This document shows, in pieces, positions 1 to 11,842 of a stretch of 64,000 nt of DNA. A program made the position numbers and the translations under genes. The stretch comes from an uncultured Methanomicrobiaceae archaeon (GTDB taxonomy: Archaea > Halobacteriota > Methanomicrobia > Methanomicrobiales > Methanoculleaceae): NCBI GenBank assembly GCA_963826525.1, contig CAWGXH010000005.1, forward strand, positions 32,001 through 96,000. Reading direction: 5' to 3'. Every line of letters starts with the position of its first letter. Within the stretch, counting starts at the first letter, position 1. The notes under the pieces were generated by a model that was given only the letters and a program-made list of their open reading frames with translations, did not search any database and was not told the DNA's origin.

Positions 1-248
1 TCCTTCAAAGGATTTAAATTGGGATGGAACGATTTCGCTCGGCGGCATTTGTCATACTCTTTGATGCAACATCTGCATTCAATGCTTCGAACACCCGGGT
101 GGATCGCTCTGAGTCGGTGAGATTCTTGGAAAGCAAAACCCGCTGCATTATAATCCGGGGGTGAGTCCATTTGCCCTGTTATGGGTGGACGGGAACGAAG
201 GATACACATTGCATCGGAGGTTTAAAATACAACTGCAATACTTAAAAA

Positions 249-974
249 TTAAGATTTTTCTCTCTTTCTCTTCTGAGGCGATGCAGGCTTGGTCAAAAAG
301 AATCCAAATGGTTCAAAATCCCTGGCATCCATGGTGTGAGATTTCTCACCGGAAGAAATTGCTGGAATAATGACCCGGAAGAATTCACTGGAGAACTGCT
401 CGTTGCTGAATCCCTCCGCCTCAATCACCAGTTTCCATTTATCTTCCAGGGAGAGGATACCCATAAAGGATATCATAAGATACATCGAGGTCAGGAATGG
501 ATCGAGATCGGCCCGGATTGTCCCGTCATCGATGCCCTCCCGGATCGCATCCTCGAGGATCATACGGCAGGTACCATACCCCTTTCCAATCTCTGCGGTA
601 TACGGGTTTTCTTTGGAAAAACGTTCGGATCCGTAAAAGTGGATCAGTCGAAGATAATCCGGGTATTCCTGCGAAAACTGGTAATAGGCCTGGCCCATCA
701 GGGCTACTTTGACAATTCCGGGAACCTGTTTTTCCATGCATTCCGTGTATTTTTCCTTCAGGATCCGGATACCACGGAGAACAATAGTAGCGTAAAGTGT
801 CTCCTTATTTTTAAAATAGAGATAGATGGTAGCCTTATTCAGTTCGACCTCTCGGGCGATATCATCCATGGAAACATCTTCGTAACTCCGGGAAAAAAAG
901 AGACGCTCGGCTGCATCGATGATCTCGGTCTTTCGCTGTTCCTTTTCTCGTTGTCTTCTATCGGAGATTCCCAT
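249..974 (-). CDS. TetR/AcrR family transcriptional regulator
   Basis: N-terminal HTH IIDAAERLFFSRSYEDVSMDDIAREVELNKATIYLYFKNKE; last gene of a tightly packed minus-strand operon. Confidence 0.93.
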   Translation of the reverse strand: MGISDRRQREKEQRKTEIIDAAERLFFSRSYEDVSMDDIAREVELNKATIYLYFKNKETLYATIVLRGIRILKEKYTECMEKQVPGIVKVALMGQAYYQFSQEYPDYLRLIHFYGSERFSKENPYTAEIGKGYGTCRMILEDAIREGIDDGTIRADLDPFLTSMYLMISFMGILSLEDKWKLVIEAEGFSNEQFSSEFFRVIIPAISSGEKSHTMDARDFEPFGFFLTKPASPQKRKREKS

Positions 975-998
975 TCTTCCGCACCCTGAATGTACTCA

Positions 999-1799
999 TT
1001 ATAAAAAGAATTCCGGCTCCTTTCGCTCTTTATACAGCGTACTTAAACGCAACGAAGCGTCCCTGACCAGGCCGGATTTCATCGTTCTCGCATGTTTGGG
1101 ACAGTGTTTGATACAGGCGCAACACGTGATGCATTTTTTCGTATCGATCACATTACTGTTTTCCGGATCGATGGCACCGACAGGGCATCCCTCTGCACAA
1201 ATCCCACACTGGATACACGCATCGCTGACCGCAATAAAATCAACAGTCCACAGTCTCGAATCCCCCCGGTAAGGATGGCAGCCGGGTATATCTACCTCAG
1301 AGATCTGGTCAACTGACGGAATGGTGTTGAGTTTTTCCTGTATTTTTCGTCCAAATGACTCTGCGTGGTGTACGTCGCGTGCATCCGGACGATCTTTGGC
1401 CGTTGGTGTTTCGTCGGTGGAGAATGAATGTTCCCCGATATAGGCCGCACCGGCGATCGGTTTACATCCACACCGAGTCAGAATATCTTTCAGCTCGATG
1501 AGTGCATCCTCATACACGCGATTGCCATAGACGACAACACATACCGCAGGCGTATTTTGGGCGGAAATAGCATGCAGCCAATCAGTTAAGAGTGCCGGCA
1601 CCCTCCCCATATACACCGGCACACCAATAATGAGTAATTCATTCTCCGATGTTCGTAGTGGTTGTATTCTCGCATCCGGTCGGGTAATATCCAGCAATTC
1701 CACGTTGCCGGGATTTATTCCGCGTGCGATTTCTTGAACCACCGCTTTCGTGGTTCCCGTAGGCGAAAAATATACCAGTTTCAGCGATTCTATTTTCAT
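999..1799 (-). CDS. Flavodoxin-fold / 4Fe-4S ferredoxin fusion (EFR1-like)
   Basis: YFSPTGTT flavodoxin loop; two CxxCxxCxxxCP motifs (CIQCGICAEGCP, CITCCACIKHCP). Confidence 0.88.
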   Translation of the reverse strand: MKIESLKLVYFSPTGTTKAVVQEIARGINPGNVELLDITRPDARIQPLRTSENELLIIGVPVYMGRVPALLTDWLHAISAQNTPAVCVVVYGNRVYEDALIELKDILTRCGCKPIAGAAYIGEHSFSTDETPTAKDRPDARDVHHAESFGRKIQEKLNTIPSVDQISEVDIPGCHPYRGDSRLWTVDFIAVSDACIQCGICAEGCPVGAIDPENSNVIDTKKCITCCACIKHCPKHARTMKSGLVRDASLRLSTLYKERKEPEFFL

Positions 1800-2410
1800 A
1801 CGATCTCCTCCATTTGATCTGCGCGTGCGATCGTCTTCAGCAGCCAGGCCATGTTCTTTCCGACTTCTTTTGCCCTTGCTATACCTTCTTCATCCTTCAG
1901 GACGTCTCCAATATCCCGACCGATACCGATTACCGGGATTCCCGGGACCGTCATCCCGCTGTAAAGCATGAAATGAAGCAGGGTATCGATGGTATGGTTT
2001 GCACCGGATCTCCGCACCGCTACCGCAGCAGTCGCCACCTTGCGCCGATAGAGCCCGTCGTTTGCCCTGGATACAACACCTGCCCGGTCAATCAGGGCTT
2101 TCATCTCGGCTGAGACGTCAAGGAAATAGACCGGGGAGGCGAGGATGATCCCGTCGGCGTCGATCATTTTCTCAATGCAGTCATTCACGATATCGTCGTC
2201 AAAGACACACTGCCGGTCCCTGTTCTCGTAACATTTCCGGCAATCCGTGCATCCCCGGATCATCTGCCCGCCGACCTGGACAAGCTCCGCCTCGATACCT
2301 TCGTTCTCAAGTTCGTCAAAGATATGCCGGATCAGGATGGACGTGTTGCCATCTTTCCGGGGACTTCCGTTAAATGCAACGACTTTTAGTTTTTTCATCT
2401 TTTTCACCAT
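1796..2410 (-). CDS. Iron-sulfur flavoprotein (Isf-like flavodoxin family)
   Basis: NGSPRKDGNT, CTDCRKC-x7-C cluster motif, ADGIILASPVYF; overlaps next gene by 4 nt. Confidence 0.9.
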   Translation of the reverse strand: MVKKMKKLKVVAFNGSPRKDGNTSILIRHIFDELENEGIEAELVQVGGQMIRGCTDCRKCYENRDRQCVFDDDIVNDCIEKMIDADGIILASPVYFLDVSAEMKALIDRAGVVSRANDGLYRRKVATAAVAVRRSGANHTIDTLLHFMLYSGMTVPGIPVIGIGRDIGDVLKDEEGIARAKEVGKNMAWLLKTIARADQMEEIV

Positions 2411-2416
2411 CTTCCT

Positions 2417-3289
2417 TCAATGTAATTCGCGCTTTGGGGATTCTGACAATCGATCTCTGGAGGCAGCTACCCAGTCATCGATGAGCGCACGGGTTATACC
2501 GAATTTCGGCGGAAGATTCGGGAGATGGTCCCGGTCAAACCATGCGGCGCTCTCAATCTCAATGCCATCCGGGGCAATTTCTCCTCCGTCGTAATCGGCA
2601 ACGAACCCGAGCATGAGTGAATCAGGGAACGGCCACGGTTCGCTTGCACGATACCGGATATTTTTGATCGCAATCCCCGCCTCTTCATGGACTTCGCGGC
2701 GTACGGCATCTTCGATCGTTTCGCCGGGTTCGACAAAACCGGCAATGAGGCCGTACCTGCCGGGTGCCGCCCCATTTCCCCGGACCATGAGGACTGAGTT
2801 GTTGTTTCGTACGAGGACGATGACCGCCGGGGAGAGCCGGGGATACATGACCCGGTGGCAGGACGGACAGACTTTGGCCCGCTCGGTTCTTGCAGGTTCT
2901 GTTGCCGTACCGCACCTCCCGCAGAACCGGGTGGTCCGGTCATAATCGATTATCTGAACCGCAAGCCCGGCAATGGCAAGTTCCTCGTCCGGGATGAGAC
3001 CGGCAAGTTCGCGTACACCGGAATATGTCAGCCCTTCGGGCAGAGGCAGGTCGCCAACCTCGACGGCATAACAGGGAACCGATCCCCGGTGACCGAGATA
3101 CTGGGCATTCCTCTTCAGCCCTCCCGGAAGATCCGGGGAGACCTTTTCAAAGATGGTTGGAGTGCTCCCTTTCCTGACGCAAACGCTCCCGTCACGGACA
3201 AACACCAGGCATGCATCTTCCGGGAGCCGGTCCGGTTCCGGGTACTGCTTATGCAAGCAGTCCGCTGCAAACCTTGCTCTATGATCCAT
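2417..3289 (-). CDS. nudC: NAD(+) diphosphatase
   Basis: Zn ribbon FCGRCG...CPSC, YPRLSPAVIV, Nudix box GFVEPGETIEDAVRREVHEEAG, SEPWPFPDSLM; start set at MDHRARF. Confidence 0.92.
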   Translation of the reverse strand: MDHRARFAADCLHKQYPEPDRLPEDACLVFVRDGSVCVRKGSTPTIFEKVSPDLPGGLKRNAQYLGHRGSVPCYAVEVGDLPLPEGLTYSGVRELAGLIPDEELAIAGLAVQIIDYDRTTRFCGRCGTATEPARTERAKVCPSCHRVMYPRLSPAVIVLVRNNNSVLMVRGNGAAPGRYGLIAGFVEPGETIEDAVRREVHEEAGIAIKNIRYRASEPWPFPDSLMLGFVADYDGGEIAPDGIEIESAAWFDRDHLPNLPPKFGITRALIDDWVAASRDRLSESPKRELH

Positions 3290-3592
3290 GACAAATCCCA
3301 CTTCCTGTAATTCCGATCCCTGGTACAAGCCTGTACCTGATCTGCTGTGCGTAGTGTCGATATCCTGCACGTCCTTCCTGCAGAGTCCTATCTTCAAGAC
3401 TCGTTCGTATCAAAAGCAGCGGTATCACGCTGCTTTTCCTGCCATCAGGCCTGGGCCTTTTCTTTCGATACACGTTCCCACAGGATTCCCATTTTTTGGT
3501 CGAGTGTCCATGCGATTCATCCCTCTCCCATTGGGAGGTATCATCTCCAGGATTCTGCCCGAAGGCAGTTTCACTAGATAGTTGTCACTCTG

Positions 3593-3633
3593 AGTTATCT
3601 TATAACTTTCGGTTATTTTGTAACTACCGGTTA
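3593..3633. promoter_or_regulatory. Tandem imperfect palindromes, candidate TetR operator
   Basis: TAACTttcGGTTA (3603-3615) and TAACTaccGGTTA (3621-3633), 18-bp period, in the AT-rich region upstream of the nudC-isf-ferredoxin-tetR operon. Confidence 0.45.
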
Positions 3634-4200
3634 TAATTTAAAAACACAGACAAAAAAATCAGATGCCTGACAGAGGTTCTTTCTTTTTTTTGAATGAATC
3701 AGAAATCGAAATCTTACATGATATATCCCTCAATTCCCCGGTATGTGCTTTGCATTCGTTAATGTCCTTTGCAGTCAATCGGCCTTGACCACGACTAAAG
3801 TCAACAGAACGAATTGTATGTGCTATTTAATTATTTCGATCAAACGGTTGTAATCCCTCTAATCTTACTACCTCAAACTTAACCTTTGTGAAAAAATGGG
3901 CACAGATTCACCGATGGACAGGAATATCCGCATCTCTTATGCACAGATCTACAGCAGAATGAGCACACAGCACGGGGTCTGCGAGTGCCTCTCCTGCTGA
4001 CGGTGCCTGTGATCTGCCGGATGCTGTACGTGAACTCTCGATAGAGTCACCCCTGCGGCCGCTGGTGAAACCGGGCGTCCATCTCCCTCGAAATAGTTGC
4101 GGAAGATGCTGCAACCCTGTTACGACCGTGCTGCACGTCGTACATTACCGCAAGGGCAACGGGAGGATATCACGCTCGATGAAGTATCTCAAAACCTGGT

Positions 4201-4425
4201 CTAAATCCGGCCGTATCTCCGATGTGCCTTTTCGACCGGCAGGATGTGGGTGATCCGGACGCTGGTATTCTCCGCATCGACGACATATATTGCCGTGAGC
4301 GACCGACCCACGTGCATTCGATACAAGATTCTGTTTTTGCCGGTGTGGAGTTTTTCTTTGTCGCCGTCCGAACCGGGATACGGATTCTCTTTCAGGAGGT
4401 CCAGGCAGATGACCGAATATTTCAA
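4201..4425 (-). pseudogene. N-terminally truncated RelE/ParE-like toxin
   Basis: LKENPYPGSDGDKEKL...YRMHVGRSLTAIYVVD...VRITHILPVEKAHRRYG resembles archaeal RelE/ParE C-terminal part; no normal N-terminus or antitoxin. Confidence 0.55.
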
Positions 4426-4484
4426 ACGGGTGGGAGAAGGAGGGTGCTGGGGCTTCTTTCGCCCTTTAAACCTCAGGAAGAAGA

Positions 4485-6006
4485 TCAGCTCTTCGTGTTG
4501 ACCGTGTAGTCCCTTGGGGGAGTTCCGTCCCGCAGTGTTCCGGCGAACTTCTCGGCATTCCCGATGAACCTGTCCAACGCATAGGAGCCCAGCCAGTTTG
4601 ATCAGCGGATTTCCGGAGATGATGGTGTTCTTCAGCACGCGGGCAAGGCGGACGTCGTGCTCCATGCAGGTGCCGATCAGGCGCCAGTGGAGCGGCGTCA
4701 TCTTCTCCACGGTGAACGATTCTTCGCGGGAGAGGCTGGACTCGCCCATGGCCACGAAGTTCATCGGCACGATGAGGACCAGCATTCCTTTCAGGTCGTC
4801 GACGAGATCCAGCGTCTGGAGCACGTCGTCTTCGGTCTCTCCGGGCAGCCCCGTCACCAGCGTGCAGGCGAGGACCCACTTATGGTCGGAGAGGTGACCG
4901 ATGCTCTCCATCACCAGTTCGCGCCATTGCTCGGGTTTTGCCGGGAGCGTCTTTCCGTGCATATGCTGCTGCATGAGCCTGGAGCTCGCCGTCTCAATCC
5001 CCGTCTGGGCTCCGATGAACTGCTGCCCGGGAAGGGTCATAAGGTACTCGGAGAGCTGGTCGACGAGCTCGGGGTGGTGGTATGCCGTGGCCAGGGCGAT
5101 ATGGCTGCATGCCATTTCCGTCACCCCGTCGACGGCGCCGACCCGGGTGAAGAGCTTCATGACCTTCTCGGGTTCCGCCCTGATTGTTTTCGAGCCGTAC
5201 CGGAGTACATCCTCGGAATGCAGCAATACCGCCGTGTTTCCGGCCTGGACGTTCACCTGCACGTCGCCGACGATCTGGTCGATGGGCTTGTGGAGGACTT
5301 TCAGCATGCCGGGCGTGCAGAACGCACACCCCCGCCCGCATCCGCGTGATATCTCGACGAGCCCGTGGATGCTCGGCCTCCGGATAGGAGGGATGCGCTC
5401 GAGGGGAACCTCCTCGCCCTGAATGATGCGGGGAACCTCCTCGCCGTTGATGATCGCCTTGCATGCCCTGGGCATCGAGATCTCGCCCATCCCCAGGTGC
5501 ACGTGGTCGATGCCCAGCCGCTCCATGACTCCCGGGTCGGAGACCTGCCACGCGCCCTTGCCGCCGACGATCGTGGTAACCTTCTTCAGGGCAGGATTCC
5601 GCATCAATTCCAGGAACTTCAGCCGGTTATAGGGAGGACCGGTCCTCGCGATGTCCACGAACGTGGAGGTGGGGGGATTGATGCCGAGGAGGTCGTGACC
5701 GCCTATCGCTACGATCTTCGTCTCCCTGCCGACCATCCGCCGCAGGTCCCGCGGATGGACGACCGCTACCTCGTCTTCGGTAAACCCGTCGGCGAGGAGG
5801 GCTGCTTCCAGCGTCCGTAAACCCAGGTCGGCAAAGGCTGCCCTCCCGCCCTTCCGCGGGACAGGCGGGGCAAATGAGATGAAGAAGAGCCAGTCGGGAA
5901 GAATACCGCGGGGAGCGCAGGTGGAAAAGCCGAGGAACATGCCGCCCCGATAGTTGCTCATCATCGTCTCGTCGGCGGTGAGGATGATCGTCGGTGATCG
6001 AGTCAT
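4485..6006 (-). CDS. Radical SAM protein (B12-binding-domain type), frameshift near 4588
   Basis: EISRGCGRGCAFC motif, GIETAS, GLPGETEDD; removing one G near 4588 gives the C-terminus GSYALDRFIGNAEKF...NTKS* ending at 4485. Confidence 0.88.
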
Positions 6007-6635
6007 GGTTACACCGGGCGGAGTAGACAGGGAGGTACCATATTACCCTTTGCACCCGGGTGCTGTGCTGCACATTTCCAGTTTCTGCATGGTTCTCATG
6101 CCTCACGCTGCCTCAGTGCATGCCACCACCGCACTCTGTCGAGTGCAAGCACGTTATCTTCACTCTCACTTCGTGCAGCATGCCCTCCCCGGGAGTAGCC
6201 CGCACCGCTTCACCGAACAAGCATTTCTTCCCTCTCGGTCCGGAGCCGGTTCCGGTGGCCGTTCCTGATACCTGCTCAATTGTATTCGTTCTTCGACGCA
6301 TTCGGCACGATAGGGTGATCCGGTTAGACCGGGCGCGGGCACCGATTCGCGTCTTGATGCCGGATAGGATCTCCCGGTTCTCAAGAGTAGAAAAAAGCCG
6401 GGATTATCCACCGGCTGTGAGTACCCGGTGCACGGCACGCTCAGAGCCCGACCTGGGAGAGCATCTCCTCTGCCGGGTGCGGAAGGTCATGCCTCGTGAT
6501 GATTCGTGCGGAAAACAGGAGGCACGCCGTCCCGACTTCTCACAGGAATACATTTCAGAAGATTAATCCTGCTGTCGACCGTTTTTACTTCTTGTGACAG
6601 AAGGGGCCTGTACGACCGGAACGGGTACGAACTCT

Positions 6636-7670
6636 ATGCAGGGTGCAGCCCGACTGATACTGATAGCAGCCGGGATGTTCCTTCTCTTCGCCATAGGAAT
6701 GGAATTTCTGGAGACATCGCTCATACTGTTCTCAATTCTCATACTGTACCTGGTCTACTGCGGGTATATCCTGCCGGCGATCGACCGCAGGAGAGAGAAG
6801 TCCCGGGCTGCAGTTCCGGCTGCGGAGAATACTTCTTCCGGAACTGAAAAAACTGATTCGAGTTCTTTTTCGCGGTTTCCTCCATTTGCAGGGGTGCTCG
6901 CGTTCCTCGCGATAACGGTCGTCTCCTTTCTCCTCCTGCATCTTCTTGTCCTCATGATGCACGAGTTCTCGCATAGTTTTTGCGCGTATCTCCTCGGGGC
7001 GAAACAGGACCCGTGGAATATCATCTATGGAAACTGGATCGGATCGCGCTGGGATGAGAACGTTGATTATTCGGCTCTTTTTGCCGCGGGAAAAGGTTCT
7101 ACCGCGTCGGCCATTGCATTTGCCGGACCCTTCTCAAACATCGTGCTCTTTTTCGTGACCGCCGGGCTCATGTCGCTGAAGAGCGTGAAAAACCGCCGCT
7201 GGACATACCACTGCGTCTTCTGGACGGGTATCATCACGTTCGTTATGGTCTTCGAGTACGTCTTTACCCGCTCCTTCCTGCAGACCGACGACTTCGGGAA
7301 TATCAACCACGGACTCGGACTCTCGCCGTGGCCGATCTTTCTTGCCGGAACGCTGCTCGGAATTATGGGGCTGTACTATATCTTTGCCTACAAAATGCCG
7401 GAGTACTACGCAATCGTGACCCCGCACGAACGCTCGCTGCAGTACGTGGCCGCTTCGGCAGTATCCTTTGCCATCTTCCTCTTCTACATCGGCCTTCGAA
7501 TAACCGCGTACCCGGCCGTTCCCGAGTGGTGGTGCGGCGTTATCGGCATCGTCGCACTATTCATCGTTCCGTTCATCGCAAGCCCCGCCCGACGATGGAT
7601 GCAGAAAAGCGTGAATCGATCTGCCGTGCAGGGATCTCTCCCATCCCATCCCGAACGCTCCGGATCATGA
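6636..7670 (+). CDS. Polytopic membrane protein, putative M50-like zinc metallopeptidase
   Basis: Multiple TM segments; HEFSH (HExxH) at end of a TM helix, AFAGPFSN motif, downstream TDD. Confidence 0.6.
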   Translation: MQGAARLILIAAGMFLLFAIGMEFLETSLILFSILILYLVYCGYILPAIDRRREKSRAAVPAAENTSSGTEKTDSSSFSRFPPFAGVLAFLAITVVSFLLLHLLVLMMHEFSHSFCAYLLGAKQDPWNIIYGNWIGSRWDENVDYSALFAAGKGSTASAIAFAGPFSNIVLFFVTAGLMSLKSVKNRRWTYHCVFWTGIITFVMVFEYVFTRSFLQTDDFGNINHGLGLSPWPIFLAGTLLGIMGLYYIFAYKMPEYYAIVTPHERSLQYVAASAVSFAIFLFYIGLRITAYPAVPEWWCGVIGIVALFIVPFIASPARRWMQKSVNRSAVQGSLPSHPERSGS

Positions 7671-10600
7671 CGGCCGGTACGCGGCAGTTCTCAGCGTGAA
7701 CCGGAACGCTGCCCCCTGCTCGGGATGGCCGACCGCCCGGTCTTCGACCCAGACCCGCCCCCCATAGCGCCCGACGAGGATCTGCACCAGGTAGAGGCCG
7801 AGCCCTTCGCCGACGCCTCGTTTCTGCTGTTCGTACCGGTGGAAGATCGCATACTTCTCATCGTCCGGAACGCCCGGGCCGGTATCCTCGACCGAGACAC
7901 GGACGAACCCGCCCTCTTCTTCCACCCTGACGGCGATCTCAACACCCGGACCGCCGAACTTCACGGCGTTGCCGATAAGGTTATTGAAAACCACGGAGAG
8001 CAGATCGTCGGTCATGACCTGGTAGTGCGCCCCTGCATAGTGGAAGGCGCTGCCCGGGAAGTCCGCGAGCACCCCCCGAATGACCGCATCGAGATCCATC
8101 GGTTTGAGCTCCGGAGACGCCTGGTGAATCCGGCGGATGGTGGCGACGGTGCGCAGGATCTCGATGCTCTTCTGGACGCTGCGCTGGAGTTTCTTCACGT
8201 ACCCGGCCTCCTCCTTCCCCTGCAGGCTGTCGATAAGCAGGTCGGCGTAGAGATTCGAGACGTTCTCGGTGTTGCCGATGTCGTGGGTGAGGATGTCGAG
8301 GTAGAGGTTCGCCTCCCGGTTCGCGGTCTCCAGTTGCCGGTGCAGGTGAGTGAGTTCTTCAGTGTGGTGCACGAGGGCTGCTTCCGCCTGCTTGCGCTCG
8401 GTGATATCGCGGTTACTGCCGCGCTGGCCCAGGTATTGCCCCGTAGGGTCATAGACCGGCTGGCAGTAATGCCCGATCCAGCGCTCCTCACCACTGCGGG
8501 TGATGATACGAAAATCAATCGCACGAAGATCAATCGCTTGATCGCTGCTGTGCAGCATGACCTGTTTCAGATGGTCGGCAACAAGCGCACGGTCATCGGG
8601 ATGGACAATGCGTTCCAGCAAGGCTGGATCCGCCAGGTACTCTTCCGCCCGGTAGCCGGTGATGCGCTCGCACGAGGGCGAGACGTAGATGTACCGGCCG
8701 TCCGGCCCCAGCCAATACTCCCAGTCGTAGGTGAAATCGGCGAGCATGCGGTACTTCTCCTCGCTCTCGCGGAGCACCTCCTCCATCCGTTTGCGTTCGG
8801 TGATGTCCTGAAAAGCTCCTACAATCCCTGCAATCTGTCCGTCTTCATCATAAAAGACATTTTTACCATAAATAACCGGACGGATCACTCCGTCCTTATC
8901 CCGTACACTGAACTCATAGACCTGTTTTTCGGGATTCTCCATCAGCTCCAGGTCTTTTTTGTGGTACATTTCCGCAAATTCACCGGGCCAGAGTTCCATC
9001 ACGGTCTTTCCCTTATAATACTCGGGGGTGAAACCCATGATGTCGGCAAATGCATCGTTTACTGCGATATAGCGGCCGTCCCTATCTTTATAAAAAAGGG
9101 GGATGGGAACGGCTGAGATGACCGTCTCGATAAATTTCAACGTACTCTCAAGGCGGCGATGAGTTTTTCTTACTCATCCTCCGCCCGCTTGCGTTCGCTA
9201 ATGTCCCGGAAAATGACCATAGTCGAAGGCCGGCCCTGGTAGAGTATGGGGGCCGCAGTGATCTCAACCCAGATAGTCCGGCCGTCGATAGTCAGGAGCT
9301 CCTGTTCGAAGAGTGGGGTACCCGTGCCTTCCTGCTGCATCCGGCGGATCTGCCCGGCGACGAGATCGCGGTAATCGGGGTGGACGAAGAGATCAAGTGG
9401 TTTGCCCACGAGGTCTTCAGGACTCTTCCCGCCTCCAATCCGGACGCCTGCAGGATTCACGTAGACGATGGTGCCGTCCCGGTGTACGATGACGGCATCC
9501 GGCATGAGCTCGACAAGGGACCGGTAGCGCTCCTCGCTCTCCTTCAGCGCCTTTTCCGCCCGGTTGCGCGCACCCCGTTCCCGCAGAGACGTGATGCCGA
9601 ACGCCAGATCGCCGGCCAGCTCCTTGAGCAGATGTACTTCTTCGGCGTGGAAGGCATCCGGCGCCGCGGCATAGATGTTCAGTGCGCCGAAGACCCGGCC
9701 TTCGCCCTGCAGGGGCAGCGCGATGGACGATGCATAACCGCGCCTGACCGCCTCTTCCCGCCAGGGGGCGAAGTCGGGGTCGGTCAGGATATCCCTGGCG
9801 ATGCTGGGCCTGCCCGAACGAATGGCCGTGCCGGTCGGCCCGCGACCGCGCTCGGTATCGGCCCAGGTAATGGTCGACGGTGTCCAGGTATCCTTCCTCA
9901 AAACCCGACTGGGCTACCGGGCGTACCGTCCGGGCGGCGTCCTCTTCGGCAAAACCGATCCATACCAGGGGGTAGCCGCCCACGTCTACGATGATGCGGC
10001 AGATCTCCTGCAGAAGCGCGGGCTCTTCCATGGCCCGCACGACGGCCTGGTTACACGCGCTGAGGATGTTGAGCATACGATTGGCCTGGGCCAGCTCGGC
10101 GGTACGCTCCTCTACCCGCCGTTCCAGCTCGGCGTGGGCTTTTTGCAGCGCCTCTTCCGCCCGCTTGCGCTCGGTGACGTCGATCACGATCCCCTGGTAG
10201 TGGGTGATGGTGCCGTTTGAATCACGGCGAACCCAGGTTCGATCATCAAGCCAGAGTACTTCGCCGGATGCCGTGAGGATGCGGTACTCCTGAACGAACT
10301 CGTCGCGTCCTTCGCGGCTATACCGGGAAACCTCTGCCGCTACCCGTTCCAGATCATCAGGGTGGACGATCCTGGTATAGGGAATGCGACCCGATCTGAA
10401 ATCGGCCGGCGTGTAGCCGAACTGGCTGACGTTGTCGGATACGTATTCGACCGGCCATCCCTCTGCCGCACGCCACAGAAACACAACGGCCGGACTTCGA
10501 TTGATAATCGTTTCCAGCTCCTCCAGTTCCTCAAGGACGCTCTCCCGCTCCTCTTCCGCCCGTTTGCGCCCGGTCACGTCCATTGCCACACCGACAATGC

Positions 10601-11306
10601 CGACGACGGCTTCATCCACAATGACCGGAGCCACCAGATTTTCGTACGCTCTTTTTTCGCCCGCCAGCGTCCGTTCGTATTCCCCGCCGAGGACTTCGCC
10701 CCGCAACACCCTCGTATCCTGCTCAAGCCACAGGGCTGCAACCTCCGGGGGCAGCCCCAGTTCTTCGACCCGCTTGCCCACCACATCGCCGAAGTTCGTA
10801 CGGCTGACCGCATTCTGCATACTATAGCGGAGGCTGCCGTCCATAGCCCAGAACTCGAAAGGCAGGTTGTCGATCAGTACGCGCAGGCGAGCTTCCGCCT
10901 CCTGAAGCTCGCGCATCAGACGCTGCATGCGCAGATGGGCGCTAACACGCACCAGGACGTCTTCACGCTGAAAGGGCCTGGTGATATAGTCCACTGCGCC
11001 TGCCTGAAACGCCGTGGACTTGTCCTCTGTCGCGGTCAGGGCGATCATAACGATCACCGGAATGTCCCGCGTGGTTTCATCTGCTTTTAACCGGCGGCAC
11101 GTTTCAAAACCATCCCTGCCCGGCATCGACACGTCCAGCAGGATGAGGGCAGGGTGAGCGGACCTGGCTATGGTGAGACCCATCTTGTCGTCACTGGCCA
11201 CCAGAACTTTGAAACCCTGTTCTCCCAGATACCGGGCGAGCACTTCCTGGCTTGCAGGGTCATCGTCGATGATCAGGATCTCGTTGGATGGAGATAGTGC
11301 GCTCAC
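7665..11306 (-). CDS. Hybrid sensor histidine kinase REC-PAS-PAS-GAF-PAS-PAS-PAS-HisKA-HATPase (2 frameshifts)
   Basis: ORFs 9417-11339, 9170-9901 and 7665-9140 join with single indels near 9877 and 9172 (GAG T[T]A AGA restores EDELRKTHRRLESTLKF); REC ILIIDDD...LLDVSMP; H-box LDILTHDI; NLIGNAVKF, DTGPG, GLGL; GTG start after GGAGG. Confidence 0.88.
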
Positions 11307-11842
11307 GTGCTTTCCTCCGTACAGTGTTTCGATCGGCACCGGGACGTGTTTGTCTTGATAACGCCTTTCAGCGGCTGACCGAGCGAAATGGGGAGAGTCC
11401 GCTATATTTCGGAATCACAGCCGTTCAGGTCCGGGGACTGGCGGGTAATGGGGGGACATCTGTCCGTGGAAATATAAGGGTTTGTACCGGTCACCGGATG
11501 CTGATGATACGGGTGATTTCCGGGACATGCGAACCTAACTCGACCTGTCCACATGCCGGTCGGCCATAAACCCTCTTTACGTGGAACAGCAGAGCGGACC
11601 TGCCAAAAGTGCTTGCCTGTCGACGAGATTTTCCGTGAGATACCGGATACGCACGCATTCCGGTTGTGTGGTTGGTTGCGAAAAATGCCGCCCTTCTTGA
11701 AGATCCGGGGATGACGGATCCCGGAGCAGAACGTCCGGTGCGACATTCACGTTCCCCCTTTTTCGTATGCACCGTGCTGATATTGCCGGATGCAGGGAGC
11801 TCCCGGCGGGAATCACCGTCGCTCCTCAATTTCCTGGTGATT

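Noticed and set aside
6010-6590. Small ORFs in intergenic gaps (also 3908-4253, 11402-11853, 62355-62525)
   Set aside because: No motifs, RBS or coding-like composition; may be eroded remnants but cannot be supported
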